This document shows positions 27,148 through 36,291 of a stretch of DNA of 64,000 nucleotides, piece by piece. Positions within the stretch are counted from its first letter, which is position 1, and each line of letters opens with the position of its first letter. Below the pieces are notes generated by a model. It did no database searches and was not told the origin of the DNA. It worked only from the letters and a program-made list of their open reading frames with translations. Both the position numbers and the translations under genes were made by a program. Source of the stretch: a virus (Duplodnaviria > Caudoviricetes). The stretch covers positions 64,001 to 128,000 of IMG/VR virus record IMGVR_UViG_3300023174_000048; one strand, given 5' to 3'.

Positions 27148-29337
27148 ATGTCGGCACTTCAAGAACTTCAGAATTATACATTTGTTAGTAAGTATGCTCG
27201 TTGGATAGAAGATAAGAATCGCAGAGAAACATGGAAGGAAGCTGTTGATCGCGTCAAAAATATGATGCATACCCAGTATCCTGAAGTAAAAGAAGATATT
27301 GATTGGGCATATGATATGATGTATAAGAAGAAGGTTCTAGGTAGCCAGAGAGCGCTCCAATTTGGTGGCGAACCAATCCTAAAAAGACATGCAAAAATAT
27401 ATAACTGCACAAGTTCATATTGTGATCGACTAAGATTTTTCCAAGAGTGTTTCTGGCTGCTCTTATGCGGCAGCGGAACAGGATTTAGTGTTCAAAAACA
27501 CCACGTTTCTAAACTACCAACGCTAGAACATGAGATTCCTGACAATAACGAAGGAATCAAATATGTAATAGAAGATAGTATTGAAGGTTGGGCAGATGCT
27601 CTAGGCGTTCTTCTTAGCTCATATTTTAGTAAGCCAATTGAAGAATTCAAAATGTACAAAAATACCTATGTTGTTTTTGATTATTCAAATATTAGACCAA
27701 AGGGATCATCATTAGCAAGTGGAGTAGGAAAGGCCCCCGGATTCGAGCCATTACAAAATGGATTAGAGAAGATCAGAACTCTGCTAGATCGTTGTGTTGC
27801 TAATGGTCAAAAGAAACTACGACCAATTGACGCGTATGATATTGTTATGCATAGTAGCGATGCTGTTTTGAGCGGTGGAGTTAGACGCTCTGCTAGTCTT
27901 GCTTTATTTAGTCCTGACGATGAAGAAATGGCAAAAGCAAAAACTGGTAATTGGTATATAGACAACCCACAAAGAGCACGAAGTAATAATTCGGCACTTC
28001 TACTTAAAAACGAAACAACACTTGAAGAGTTTCAAGAATTAATGGAGAGCGTTAAAGAATTTGGAGAACCAGGATTTATTTGGAGCGACTCAACAGAAAT
28101 GACATTTAATCCTTGTGTAGAAGTTGGAATGTGGCCAGTTGATGAAGAGACTGGAAAGAGTGGATGGCAAGGATGTAATCTATCTACTATCAATTGTTCG
28201 TCTATTGAAGATGAAGATGATTTTTATGAAAGATGCAAGGCCGCTGCTATTATAGGAACTTTACAAGCTGGATTCACTAAACTAGATTATCTTGGAGAGA
28301 TCACTTGCAGAATCTTTGAAAGAGAAGCTCTACTCGGAGTTTCATTAACTGGAACAATGGAAAAGCATGATCTTATTCTTTCAGAAAAAGTTCTTCGTGC
28401 TGGGGCTAAGATTGCAGTTGAAACAAATAAAGATCTTTCCAAAAAGATAAAAATTAATCAAGCAGCAAGAGTAACATGCTTAAAGCCAGAAGGAACAAGT
28501 TCTAGTATGCTTGGAACAAGCTCTGGCATCCACCCACATCATGCTAAACGATATATAAGACACGTACAGGCCAATGTTTTAGAAGCACCATACCAACACT
28601 TCAAAAAACTAAACCCACAAGCCTGTGAAAAGTCTAGTTGGTCAGCAAATAACACAGACGAAGTAATTAAGTTCCCAATAGAAGTACCAGACGGTGCTAA
28701 ATTAAAGAATCAATTACCGGCTGTTGAAATGTTGTCTATTGTTAAAGACACTCAAAAGAACTGGGTTCAAAGTGGCAAGAATAGATCATTATGCACACAA
28801 GAATATTTAAGCCATAATGTTAGTAATACTGTCACTGTTAAGCCGGATGAATGGGACGATGTTATAAAATATATTTATGATAATCGTAAGTATTTTGCTG
28901 GTATCAGTTTAATTCCACAAAGTGGAGACAAAGACTATACTCAGGCTCCATTCACAACAGTTTATACTAGTCGTGAAATAGTTAAAGAATACGGTGACGC
29001 TGCACTATGGTGCTCTGGATTAATTGAGTTAGGATTGAATGCTTTTAATAATAATCTATGGGCAGCGTGTGACTATGTTAGTATGAATCAAGCAAAAGAT
29101 AATGATAGTCAAGATAAACTTTTATTTGTAAATAAAATGAAAACGTTTGCTGGAAAATATTTTGAAGGAGACACTAAGCGTCTAACATATTGCATGAAAG
29201 ATGTTTACAATTGGAAAATATATTGTGATCTCTATAATGGATTTAAGAAAGTAGACTATACACAACTTTTGGAAAATGAAGATAATACTGTTGGTATAGA
29301 AGAAATAAGTTGTGCTGGTGGGGCCTGTTTACTATAG
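27148..29337 (+). CDS. nrdJ: class II (B12-dependent) monomeric ribonucleotide reductase
   Basis: YNC, GSGTGFSV, SGGVRRSA, NPCVE, KPEGT, C-terminal CAGGAC. Confidence 0.95.
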   Translation: MSALQELQNYTFVSKYARWIEDKNRRETWKEAVDRVKNMMHTQYPEVKEDIDWAYDMMYKKKVLGSQRALQFGGEPILKRHAKIYNCTSSYCDRLRFFQECFWLLLCGSGTGFSVQKHHVSKLPTLEHEIPDNNEGIKYVIEDSIEGWADALGVLLSSYFSKPIEEFKMYKNTYVVFDYSNIRPKGSSLASGVGKAPGFEPLQNGLEKIRTLLDRCVANGQKKLRPIDAYDIVMHSSDAVLSGGVRRSASLALFSPDDEEMAKAKTGNWYIDNPQRARSNNSALLLKNETTLEEFQELMESVKEFGEPGFIWSDSTEMTFNPCVEVGMWPVDEETGKSGWQGCNLSTINCSSIEDEDDFYERCKAAAIIGTLQAGFTKLDYLGEITCRIFEREALLGVSLTGTMEKHDLILSEKVLRAGAKIAVETNKDLSKKIKINQAARVTCLKPEGTSSSMLGTSSGIHPHHAKRYIRHVQANVLEAPYQHFKKLNPQACEKSSWSANNTDEVIKFPIEVPDGAKLKNQLPAVEMLSIVKDTQKNWVQSGKNRSLCTQEYLSHNVSNTVTVKPDEWDDVIKYIYDNRKYFAGISLIPQSGDKDYTQAPFTTVYTSREIVKEYGDAALWCSGLIELGLNAFNNNLWAACDYVSMNQAKDNDSQDKLLFVNKMKTFAGKYFEGDTKRLTYCMKDVYNWKIYCDLYNGFKKVDYTQLLENEDNTVGIEEISCAGGACLL

Positions 29338-29363
29338 AACAATTTATAACTTATACTTATAAA

Positions 29364-29375
29364 GGTGTATTATAA
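29364..29375 (+). promoter_or_regulatory. GGTGTA motif, putative phage promoter
   Basis: Intergenic GGTGTATTATAA upstream of phoH. Confidence 0.55.
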
Positions 29376-29416
29376 AGTAGTATTTTAATACTCCTTATAT
29401 AAGAAAAGGGCACACA

Positions 29417-30148
29417 TTGAGAAAAACTAATAAAAACTCAAAGAAAAAAACTAGGGTTATTGATGCAACAAATAGTTTGGAGCCCAAAGGAGCCGCTTAT
29501 AGGAATCGATTAAAACCAAGAACTGAAAATCAAAAAGAATATATAAGGACTGTTGCAGAAAATACTATTACGTTTTGTCAAGGACTAGCCGGTAGTGGTA
29601 AAACACATATTGCTATTGGAATGGCTCTTGAATATCTTTTAGACGAAAAAGTAAAAAAGATTATTATCACAAGACCAATATTAGAAGCCGGAGAAAAAAT
29701 GGGATATCTCCCAGGATCAGCAGAAGAAAAATTACATCCTTATCTATTGCCGATACTAGATGAAATTGGACACTTCATAAGTTCGGCACATTATGCTTCA
29801 CTAAGATTGAATAATAAAGTTGAAGTCGTGCCACTCGGACTCATGAGAGGTCGTAATTTTCATAATGCTTTTATTGTTGCTGATGAGTGCCAAAACGCAT
29901 CATATGAACAATTAAAAATGTTAATAACAAGAACAGGACAATCTAGTAAAATGGTTTTAACTGGTGACGTTGCTCAGTCTGACCTAAGCAGACATTTGCA
30001 AGGTGGTTTTAGTGATATGATATCAGCCCTTAATGGAGTTGAAGGTATAGGTTATTCTAAATTAGAAGCCTCAGATATTGTAAGAAATCCAATTATCTCT
30101 AAAATCTTATATAGACTTGATGATTATGAGCAGCAAAGCCGAAAATAG
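29417..30148 (+). CDS. phoH: PhoH family ATPase
   Basis: GLAGSGKT, TRP, GYLPG, MRGRNF, DECQN, TGDVAQSD. Confidence 0.95.
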   Translation: MRKTNKNSKKKTRVIDATNSLEPKGAAYRNRLKPRTENQKEYIRTVAENTITFCQGLAGSGKTHIAIGMALEYLLDEKVKKIIITRPILEAGEKMGYLPGSAEEKLHPYLLPILDEIGHFISSAHYASLRLNNKVEVVPLGLMRGRNFHNAFIVADECQNASYEQLKMLITRTGQSSKMVLTGDVAQSDLSRHLQGGFSDMISALNGVEGIGYSKLEASDIVRNPIISKILYRLDDYEQQSRK

Positions 30149-30716
30149 TAAATGCTTATTATTAAACGCAGACTATGCCCCTCTGAGAATAATATCTTGG
30201 CAGAGGGCTATAGTTTGGTCTATTAGATATGAAGATAATAAAAATTATGGTATTGAAATATTATCATATTATAAAGATAAGCATATTCAAGGATCTGCCG
30301 GAAAACAATATCCAGTTCCAGCAGTAGCCAAAACTCTTAGATTCTTTAATATGTATGATAGAAAGATTAATTTTTCGAGACATAATTTATTTATTAGAGA
30401 TAATCATACATGTCAATATTGTGGAATTCAATTGTGCTCTTCACAATTAACATATGATCATATAGTTCCAAAATGTAGATTTAACGAGAACAAAAGACTA
30501 TCAACAAATTGGAAGAATATAGTGACCGCTTGTAGACCCTGTAATCACAAGAAGGGTAATAGGACGCCAAAAGAAGCAGGAATGAAACTGATAAACTCAC
30601 CAATAGAACCAAATTACTCATTAGAGTACTTGCCTTGGTTTCAGGAAGTCTCTACTATAAGGGGCGGACCTTCGTATGAATTATGGAAACCTTTTATAAA
30701 TATACAATATGCATGA
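30126..30716 (+). CDS. HNH endonuclease
   Basis: RDNHTCQYCG, TYDHIVP, W.NIVTACRPCNHKKG. Confidence 0.9.
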   Translation: MSSKAENSKCLLLNADYAPLRIISWQRAIVWSIRYEDNKNYGIEILSYYKDKHIQGSAGKQYPVPAVAKTLRFFNMYDRKINFSRHNLFIRDNHTCQYCGIQLCSSQLTYDHIVPKCRFNENKRLSTNWKNIVTACRPCNHKKGNRTPKEAGMKLINSPIEPNYSLEYLPWFQEVSTIRGGPSYELWKPFINIQYA

Positions 30717-31116
30717 TTTTATTTTTAATTCAAAACCCTCTGACATATCAGAGATGTTTTATTGTTTGAAGGGTAAAGAGGACTTTATTGATCCTGAAGG
30801 AAATCCAAGAGTATCAGATAAAGATTCTGATATCATAGCGGCTAAATGCGTACAGAATAAAAAATCAAAAAGTTTTCAAGCAGCATCAAACAACTATAGT
30901 TACTATATTAGAACAACTCCAAATGCAGCTCTATTTAATCCAATAGAAAAACTCTCTCCAATTAAAGATAAAAGACAATTTGATTTTATTGACTCTACAT
31001 GTAAGGATAAGTGGATGTTTGTTGAAGTTGGAAAAACAACATTTGATAAGTATATTAAATTTTTGGTTACAAAAAACATTTCTTGGCTAAAGGAAGCTAA
31101 TAGAGACTTGAAGTAA
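30709..31116 (+). CDS. hypothetical protein, paralog of 31805..32182
   Basis: Shared DFIF, G.PR, FNP, FL.TKNISWL blocks. Confidence 0.75.
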   Translation: MHDFIFNSKPSDISEMFYCLKGKEDFIDPEGNPRVSDKDSDIIAAKCVQNKKSKSFQAASNNYSYYIRTTPNAALFNPIEKLSPIKDKRQFDFIDSTCKDKWMFVEVGKTTFDKYIKFLVTKNISWLKEANRDLK

Positions 31117-31118
31117 TT

Positions 31119-31463
31119 ATGCCAACCTACTCATACGGCTGTGAAAAATGTGGTGCTGAATTTGAGCTATTCTTTTATATTAAAGATTACCAAAGCACTC
31201 CAAAATGTTCTATTTGTGAATCCAAACGAACATACAGATGCTATATTAAGGATGTAGCAACACAGAACACATCTGTTAAAAAGTCAGATACAGAACTAAA
31301 AACTATTGGTGATTTAGCCAATAGAAATAGAGACAAAATGAGCGAGGATGAAAAGATAGCCTTACATAATAAGCATAATTCTTATAAAGAAGAGCAGCCA
31401 GTTAATGAACTGCCAAAAGGAATGAAAAGACTAAAGAAACAACCAAAGATTAAGTGGAAATAA
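31119..31463 (+). CDS. FmdB-family zinc-ribbon protein
   Basis: MPTYSYGCEKCG...PKCSIC. Confidence 0.85.
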   Translation: MPTYSYGCEKCGAEFELFFYIKDYQSTPKCSICESKRTYRCYIKDVATQNTSVKKSDTELKTIGDLANRNRDKMSEDEKIALHNKHNSYKEEQPVNELPKGMKRLKKQPKIKWK

Positions 31464-31464
31464 T

Positions 31465-31812
31465 ATGAAAGAAATAACACCAGAAGAAAAAGATAGTATT
31501 ATTAATGCTCTTGACAGTATTAGAAAGCAGATGAGTGGTCAAGATTTATCAGACTATATTTCTAAAGACAATACTAAGCTCATAGAGTGTAAGCACGAAA
31601 TAGTGATTAGTGTTGTTGCTAGTATTTTTGAAGAAGACGATACTGGTAATCTCATTGGAGCTAAAGAAATATCTAAAAAGAACTATCATATTCCAGTTCC
31701 GTCAAATAAAAAATATGAAGACTATCTACATGGATTTTTTAACTTTTTAGAAAATTGTATGTCATCATCATTAGAAAAAGTAGAAGAACAAGAGGAAACA
31801 AAAAATGGATGA
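31465..31812 (+). CDS. hypothetical protein
   Basis: ORF track. Confidence 0.65.
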   Translation: MKEITPEEKDSIINALDSIRKQMSGQDLSDYISKDNTKLIECKHEIVISVVASIFEEDDTGNLIGAKEISKKNYHIPVPSNKKYEDYLHGFFNFLENCMSSSLEKVEEQEETKNG

Positions 31813-32182
31813 TTTTATTTTTAGTCCAAAACAAAAAACAGATTCGACAGACACCAACTATTATTGTATGGCCGGATCAGAAAACTATACTGATGGAGAT
31901 GGATTTCCAAGATCAGAAAAAGACGGAAAGAATGTTCTTGCTAAAAGAATATTTAAAACAAATTCTCAGCCGCAATATTTTATTAAGATATCCAATAGCA
32001 ATAAATTATTCAACCCCCTTGGAAGCGGATTAGATGAAAAGTCATACAGTATTGTTGATAATGTCTGTAGACCATCAGATAAGTTCAGATCTGTTAATGA
32101 AAAAGTCTTTAATTTATATCTTAATTTTTTATCCACAAAGAACATATCATGGTTAACTAGAGCAGAAAGAGAGATTATATAA
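31805..32182 (+). CDS. hypothetical protein, paralog of 30709..31116
   Basis: See paralog entry. Confidence 0.75.
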   Translation: MDDFIFSPKQKTDSTDTNYYCMAGSENYTDGDGFPRSEKDGKNVLAKRIFKTNSQPQYFIKISNSNKLFNPLGSGLDEKSYSIVDNVCRPSDKFRSVNEKVFNLYLNFLSTKNISWLTRAEREII

Positions 32183-32505
32183 TGCCTAAACTGAATAAAA
32201 CACAAAAATATGCAATACAATGGTTACACTCAACAGGATTAAGTTCTGACGCTATAGCAAAAGAACTGAATGTAACCACAGAACAGGTTGCTTCATTAGT
32301 GCCAAAAGTAGAAATAGTAGCAAGTCCAACAACAGCGACTATTCCTTCGGCAAAAGATTTGATGATAACCCACACATCTGGTAAAAAGATTAACTCTATT
32401 GCCATAATGACAAAGGAGGCATCACAGATTGGAGACGAATCTAAAAAGTCTGCTCCACCACAGATTAATGAAGATAAAAAAGGAATCTTTAGACCAAAGA
32501 AATAA
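32182..32505 (+). CDS. HTH-containing protein
   Basis: GLSSDAIAKELNVTTEQV helix-turn-helix. Confidence 0.6.
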   Translation: MPKLNKTQKYAIQWLHSTGLSSDAIAKELNVTTEQVASLVPKVEIVASPTTATIPSAKDLMITHTSGKKINSIAIMTKEASQIGDESKKSAPPQINEDKKGIFRPKK

Positions 32506-32506
32506 T

Positions 32507-32929
32507 ATGTATCCATCAAGATACTCAAATGGGAAAACTGTCTCTGCTGCTCAATATATAACAGAGTTGATATGTGAGCATAAGGCGACAATGGAAAAAT
32601 TGGATCTTCATTATAGATTTTGGACCAATAAAGAATGGTCTAAGTACTATAGAGATCAGATAGCAACAGCAAATAAGTTATTAAAAAAATATAGTGCCAA
32701 AGCTATTATCAGAGCCTTAAATGATAAAAAAGCAGAGAGAATCTATTCTTTGCGAGCACCTCATCTGTTGGCTATAATAGACCACCACGAAACTCTGCTA
32801 GGATCAGAAAACACAGAGCTAACAGAGAATATTGACAGATCAGAGAAAAAAACTTTTAGACATAAAACAAATACAAAACAAGGCATACTTTCTAAGTTAA
32901 AGGAATTAGATGATGGCAACAACTCTTAA
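32507..32929 (+). CDS. hypothetical replication-associated protein
   Basis: In-frame ATG 32507; AAQYITELIC, IYSLRAP. Confidence 0.65.
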   Translation: MYPSRYSNGKTVSAAQYITELICEHKATMEKLDLHYRFWTNKEWSKYYRDQIATANKLLKKYSAKAIIRALNDKKAERIYSLRAPHLLAIIDHHETLLGSENTELTENIDRSEKKTFRHKTNTKQGILSKLKELDDGNNS

Positions 32930-34964
32930 AGAAGATGTAATTAAAAACTTTGGTGATGAGATTATATTGTCTGGCAATGCTATGGTAGACAAGAAAGTAT
33001 TAACCATTCCTGTTAGTCCATCATTAGATATTGCTTTAAATGGTGGTATACCAGAAGGTAGTTTTGTTGTTTTAACGGGACAACCCAAATGTGGTAAGCT
33101 ACAACGATTGACCGATTTAATTTATACTCCAAATGGTCGAGTAACTATTGGATCAATAAAATCAGAAGATATAATATGTAATCCTAATGGATCTACATCT
33201 AAAGTAATTGGTATTTATCCTCAAGGTAAAAAGGATATTTATCAGGTTAGTTTTAATGATGGTTCCAAAACCTATTGTGGACTAGAACATAATTGGTTGG
33301 TAGCAAAAAATAATCGAACAAATGACTACAAAGTTTTAACTTTACAAGAAATTATATCGGAAGGATTAAGACTAAATGATCGTTGGAAATGGAAAATTCC
33401 ACTAACAAAACCAGTTTATTTTAAGCAAACAAAAAAGCTTTCAATTGATCCGTATATTCTTGGATGTTTGATCGGTGACGGAGGATTAACACAAAAAACT
33501 CCAAAAATCACCACATCAGATCAGTTTATTCTAAGAAAATTCAAAATCTTTGTTAAAAAACGTGGCTTATCTATCAAGCAAGTGTCTCAATATGATTATA
33601 ATATAAGTGGAAAAATAGATTCAAACGTTTTAATTAGAAATACTATTACAAAAGATCTTAAAGAATTAAAACTTTATGGTTGCTCTTCGCATGATAAGTT
33701 TATTCCACAACACTACAGATACTCCTCTATATCAAATAGATGGAAACTTATACGCGGCCTAATGGACACAGACGGATCAAATGACAATGGACTTAGAGCA
33801 GAATATTCCACTGTTTCTGAAACATTGGCAAAAGATGTTCAAGAAGTTTTAGAAAGCTTAGGATACACCTGTCAAATAAAACACAGATTTACAGGATATG
33901 AAGGTAAAGAGGGTAAGCAATTTCCATCTTATAGATTATATATTCATGGTAACGATATTGATAAACTCTTTAGTTTACCAAGAAAGAAAAGTGGACATAT
34001 TAGAAGTAAGCCAGACCTTCATAGAACAATAGTTGATGTAGAAAAGGTTTCTCAAGAAGAAGCTATTTGTATTGAAGTAGATAGTCCTGATGGATTATAT
34101 CTAACAAATAATTTCATTGTTACTCATAATACGACAACATCATTAGCGTTTGCAGCAACGGCACAAAAAAAAGAATATGCTCATGGCTCATTTAAAGATG
34201 GTCGCCAAGTGTACTACCTTAACATTGAGGGTAGATTGAAGAAAAGAGATTTAGAAGGAATACCGGGACTAGACCTAAGTAGATTCCATATTATAGGAAG
34301 TCAACAAGGTAAGATTTTACACGGTGAAGAATATTTGCAAATTGGTGAAAGAATTATTAATGAAATACCAGGATGTGTTCTTATTATAGATTCATACTCT
34401 GCTCTGTGTACCGAAGCAGAAATCACCAGCGATATGGATAAAATGCAAAGAGCAGATGGCGCTAAGCTATTAGCAAAATTTTGTCGTAAAGTTGCCAACG
34501 TTATTCCCGTTAATCGTAATATTGTTATAGGTATTACTCACTTAATGGGTAATCCCACAGGTTATGGAGCAGAGTTTAAGGAAAAAAGTGGTCAAGCTAT
34601 TGCTTATCAGACTGATATTAAGCTCAGAGCCAAGACATTTAAACCGTGGATCGTTGGGACAGACAATACTCAAATAGGGCAGGAGATCGAATGGCAGGTG
34701 GTCTGTTCGGCACTTGGGCCTCCTGGGGCTGTGACAACCAGCTATGTTAGATATGGCCAAGGAATTGATAAGTATACAGAATTGATCAATTTAGCATCTG
34801 ATGTTGGTATTATTAATAAGGGCGGAGCTTGGTATACAATAACCGTACTTGATGATAAGCCAAAATTTCAAGGTACAGAAAAAGTTAGAAATTTTCTATT
34901 AGAAAATAAAGAAGCATACGATCTAGTTGAAAAGTCTGTTAAAGAGGTTTTAGGAATTAAATGA
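32910..34964 (+). CDS. recA: RecA/UvsX recombinase precursor containing an intein
   Basis: SLDIALNGGIP, split Walker A GQPKCGK|T, YLNIEG, IIDSYSAL. Confidence 0.9.
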   Translation: MMATTLKEDVIKNFGDEIILSGNAMVDKKVLTIPVSPSLDIALNGGIPEGSFVVLTGQPKCGKLQRLTDLIYTPNGRVTIGSIKSEDIICNPNGSTSKVIGIYPQGKKDIYQVSFNDGSKTYCGLEHNWLVAKNNRTNDYKVLTLQEIISEGLRLNDRWKWKIPLTKPVYFKQTKKLSIDPYILGCLIGDGGLTQKTPKITTSDQFILRKFKIFVKKRGLSIKQVSQYDYNISGKIDSNVLIRNTITKDLKELKLYGCSSHDKFIPQHYRYSSISNRWKLIRGLMDTDGSNDNGLRAEYSTVSETLAKDVQEVLESLGYTCQIKHRFTGYEGKEGKQFPSYRLYIHGNDIDKLFSLPRKKSGHIRSKPDLHRTIVDVEKVSQEEAICIEVDSPDGLYLTNNFIVTHNTTTSLAFAATAQKKEYAHGSFKDGRQVYYLNIEGRLKKRDLEGIPGLDLSRFHIIGSQQGKILHGEEYLQIGERIINEIPGCVLIIDSYSALCTEAEITSDMDKMQRADGAKLLAKFCRKVANVIPVNRNIVIGITHLMGNPTGYGAEFKEKSGQAIAYQTDIKLRAKTFKPWIVGTDNTQIGQEIEWQVVCSALGPPGAVTTSYVRYGQGIDKYTELINLASDVGIINKGGAWYTITVLDDKPKFQGTEKVRNFLLENKEAYDLVEKSVKEVLGIK
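33099..34130 (+). mobile_element. 344-aa intein with LAGLIDADG homing endonuclease in the RecA P-loop
   Basis: Ends IVTHN before Thr; blocks ILGCLIGDG and IRGLMDTDG; begins LQRLTDLIYTP. Confidence 0.9.
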
Positions 34965-35380
34965 ATATTATTGATTTAGATGGAAATCAGATTAACTGGA
35001 GCCTAACTGGTCATATTTCTAAAGGAAGAATTCATGATAAGTCTTCTTTCCATTTAGCAGCCAGGAAATTACTAATAGATAGTTTTCCAACACTGCAAAT
35101 ACTAGAAGAAGTTCCTATTCCATTAAGAAGATCAGAAACACTATATCTTGATTTTTATTTACCGCTAATAAAAAGAGTAATAGAGGTTCATGGAGAACAA
35201 CACTATAAGTTTATTCCATTCTATCATAGTTCTAAAATGAATTTTTTAAAAGCACAAAAAAGAGATAATGAAAAAAAAGAATGGTGTGAAAAAAATGGTA
35301 TAACTCATACCGTATTGCCATATAATGAGCCAATAGAAACATGGAGAAAGATACTGTCTTATGAGCACACGAACAGCTAA
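34961..35380 (+). CDS. PD-(D/E)XK / Vsr-like endonuclease
   Basis: LDFYLP..VIEVHGEQHY..QKRDNEK. Confidence 0.75.
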   Translation: MNIIDLDGNQINWSLTGHISKGRIHDKSSFHLAARKLLIDSFPTLQILEEVPIPLRRSETLYLDFYLPLIKRVIEVHGEQHYKFIPFYHSSKMNFLKAQKRDNEKKEWCEKNGITHTVLPYNEPIETWRKILSYEHTNS

Positions 35381-35858
35381 AGAAGATTTACAGCACTGGG
35401 ATAATATTCTAGACGAATACGAATCCTCAATAGCTCTGCCCAAATACTCTGCTCAATACGGAGTATCAGAGAGTGAGATTAATCAGTATTTAACAATGAC
35501 AAGAGATGAACTTGAAAAGATATCGCCAGAAGATTGTGCTCAAATATCTTATAGATTAGCCCAATTCTCGTTCCATGTTCAAAGAACAATAAATAGAGAA
35601 ATTGCCAGATGTAATTGGTCAGAAGAATCTATAAAAGAAACAATAGCTGATGAGATCAATAATTATAAAGGATATGGTTTTATAGAAAAATCTTTACAAG
35701 CGATTAAACATAATGACAAAGCCTCAGCATTAAATAGTATAAAGAAGTATGCAAAACAAAGAATTGACAGACTATCATATATTGCCAATAGTATAAAAAA
35801 TCTATCTGATATTATGATGGCTATACAAAGAACAAAGGTGCAACATGGACCCAAATGA
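35361..35858 (+). CDS. coiled-coil protein, possibly a recombination mediator
   Basis: Helical; lies between the recA and dnaB genes. Confidence 0.5.
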   Translation: MSTRTAKEDLQHWDNILDEYESSIALPKYSAQYGVSESEINQYLTMTRDELEKISPEDCAQISYRLAQFSFHVQRTINREIARCNWSEESIKETIADEINNYKGYGFIEKSLQAIKHNDKASALNSIKKYAKQRIDRLSYIANSIKNLSDIMMAIQRTKVQHGPK

Positions 35859-36288
35859 GATTTTAAAAAACCCAGAACAAATTAAGGCACTAATCTCTCT
35901 TTTACAGGGATTGGTCGATCAGGTAACTCCAGAACAAGAGCCAGAAGAAGAAACCAAAAATAAGAGGGTGGCACCGTCCAAACCGGGGTCTACTATAAAA
36001 ACGAAAGGTGGTCAAAAAGTAGGAAACAACAAATCGATCAAATCCAAAAAAACACAGCCAACAAATATTAATGCATTTGAAAAAATGGCTGAGTTTAGAA
36101 TGCACAAGGATGATTGTGCTATAGATAAAAAACTATGCTCAAACGAGCCTGTGGCGAGGATGAGGGAATTTGAATTTGTTGATGTTGTTTGTCGTGTTTG
36201 CGGCAAAAAGGAATCTATTGCTCCATCACTACTATTTGATGCTCCTTCTCGATACAAGTGTAATAATTGCTCAACCCAATCTGGCTAA
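35845..36288 (+). CDS. zinc-finger hypothetical protein
   Basis: CRVCG...CNNC. Confidence 0.65.
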   Translation: MDPNEILKNPEQIKALISLLQGLVDQVTPEQEPEEETKNKRVAPSKPGSTIKTKGGQKVGNNKSIKSKKTQPTNINAFEKMAEFRMHKDDCAIDKKLCSNEPVARMREFEFVDVVCRVCGKKESIAPSLLFDAPSRYKCNNCSTQSG

Positions 36289-36291
36289 AAT

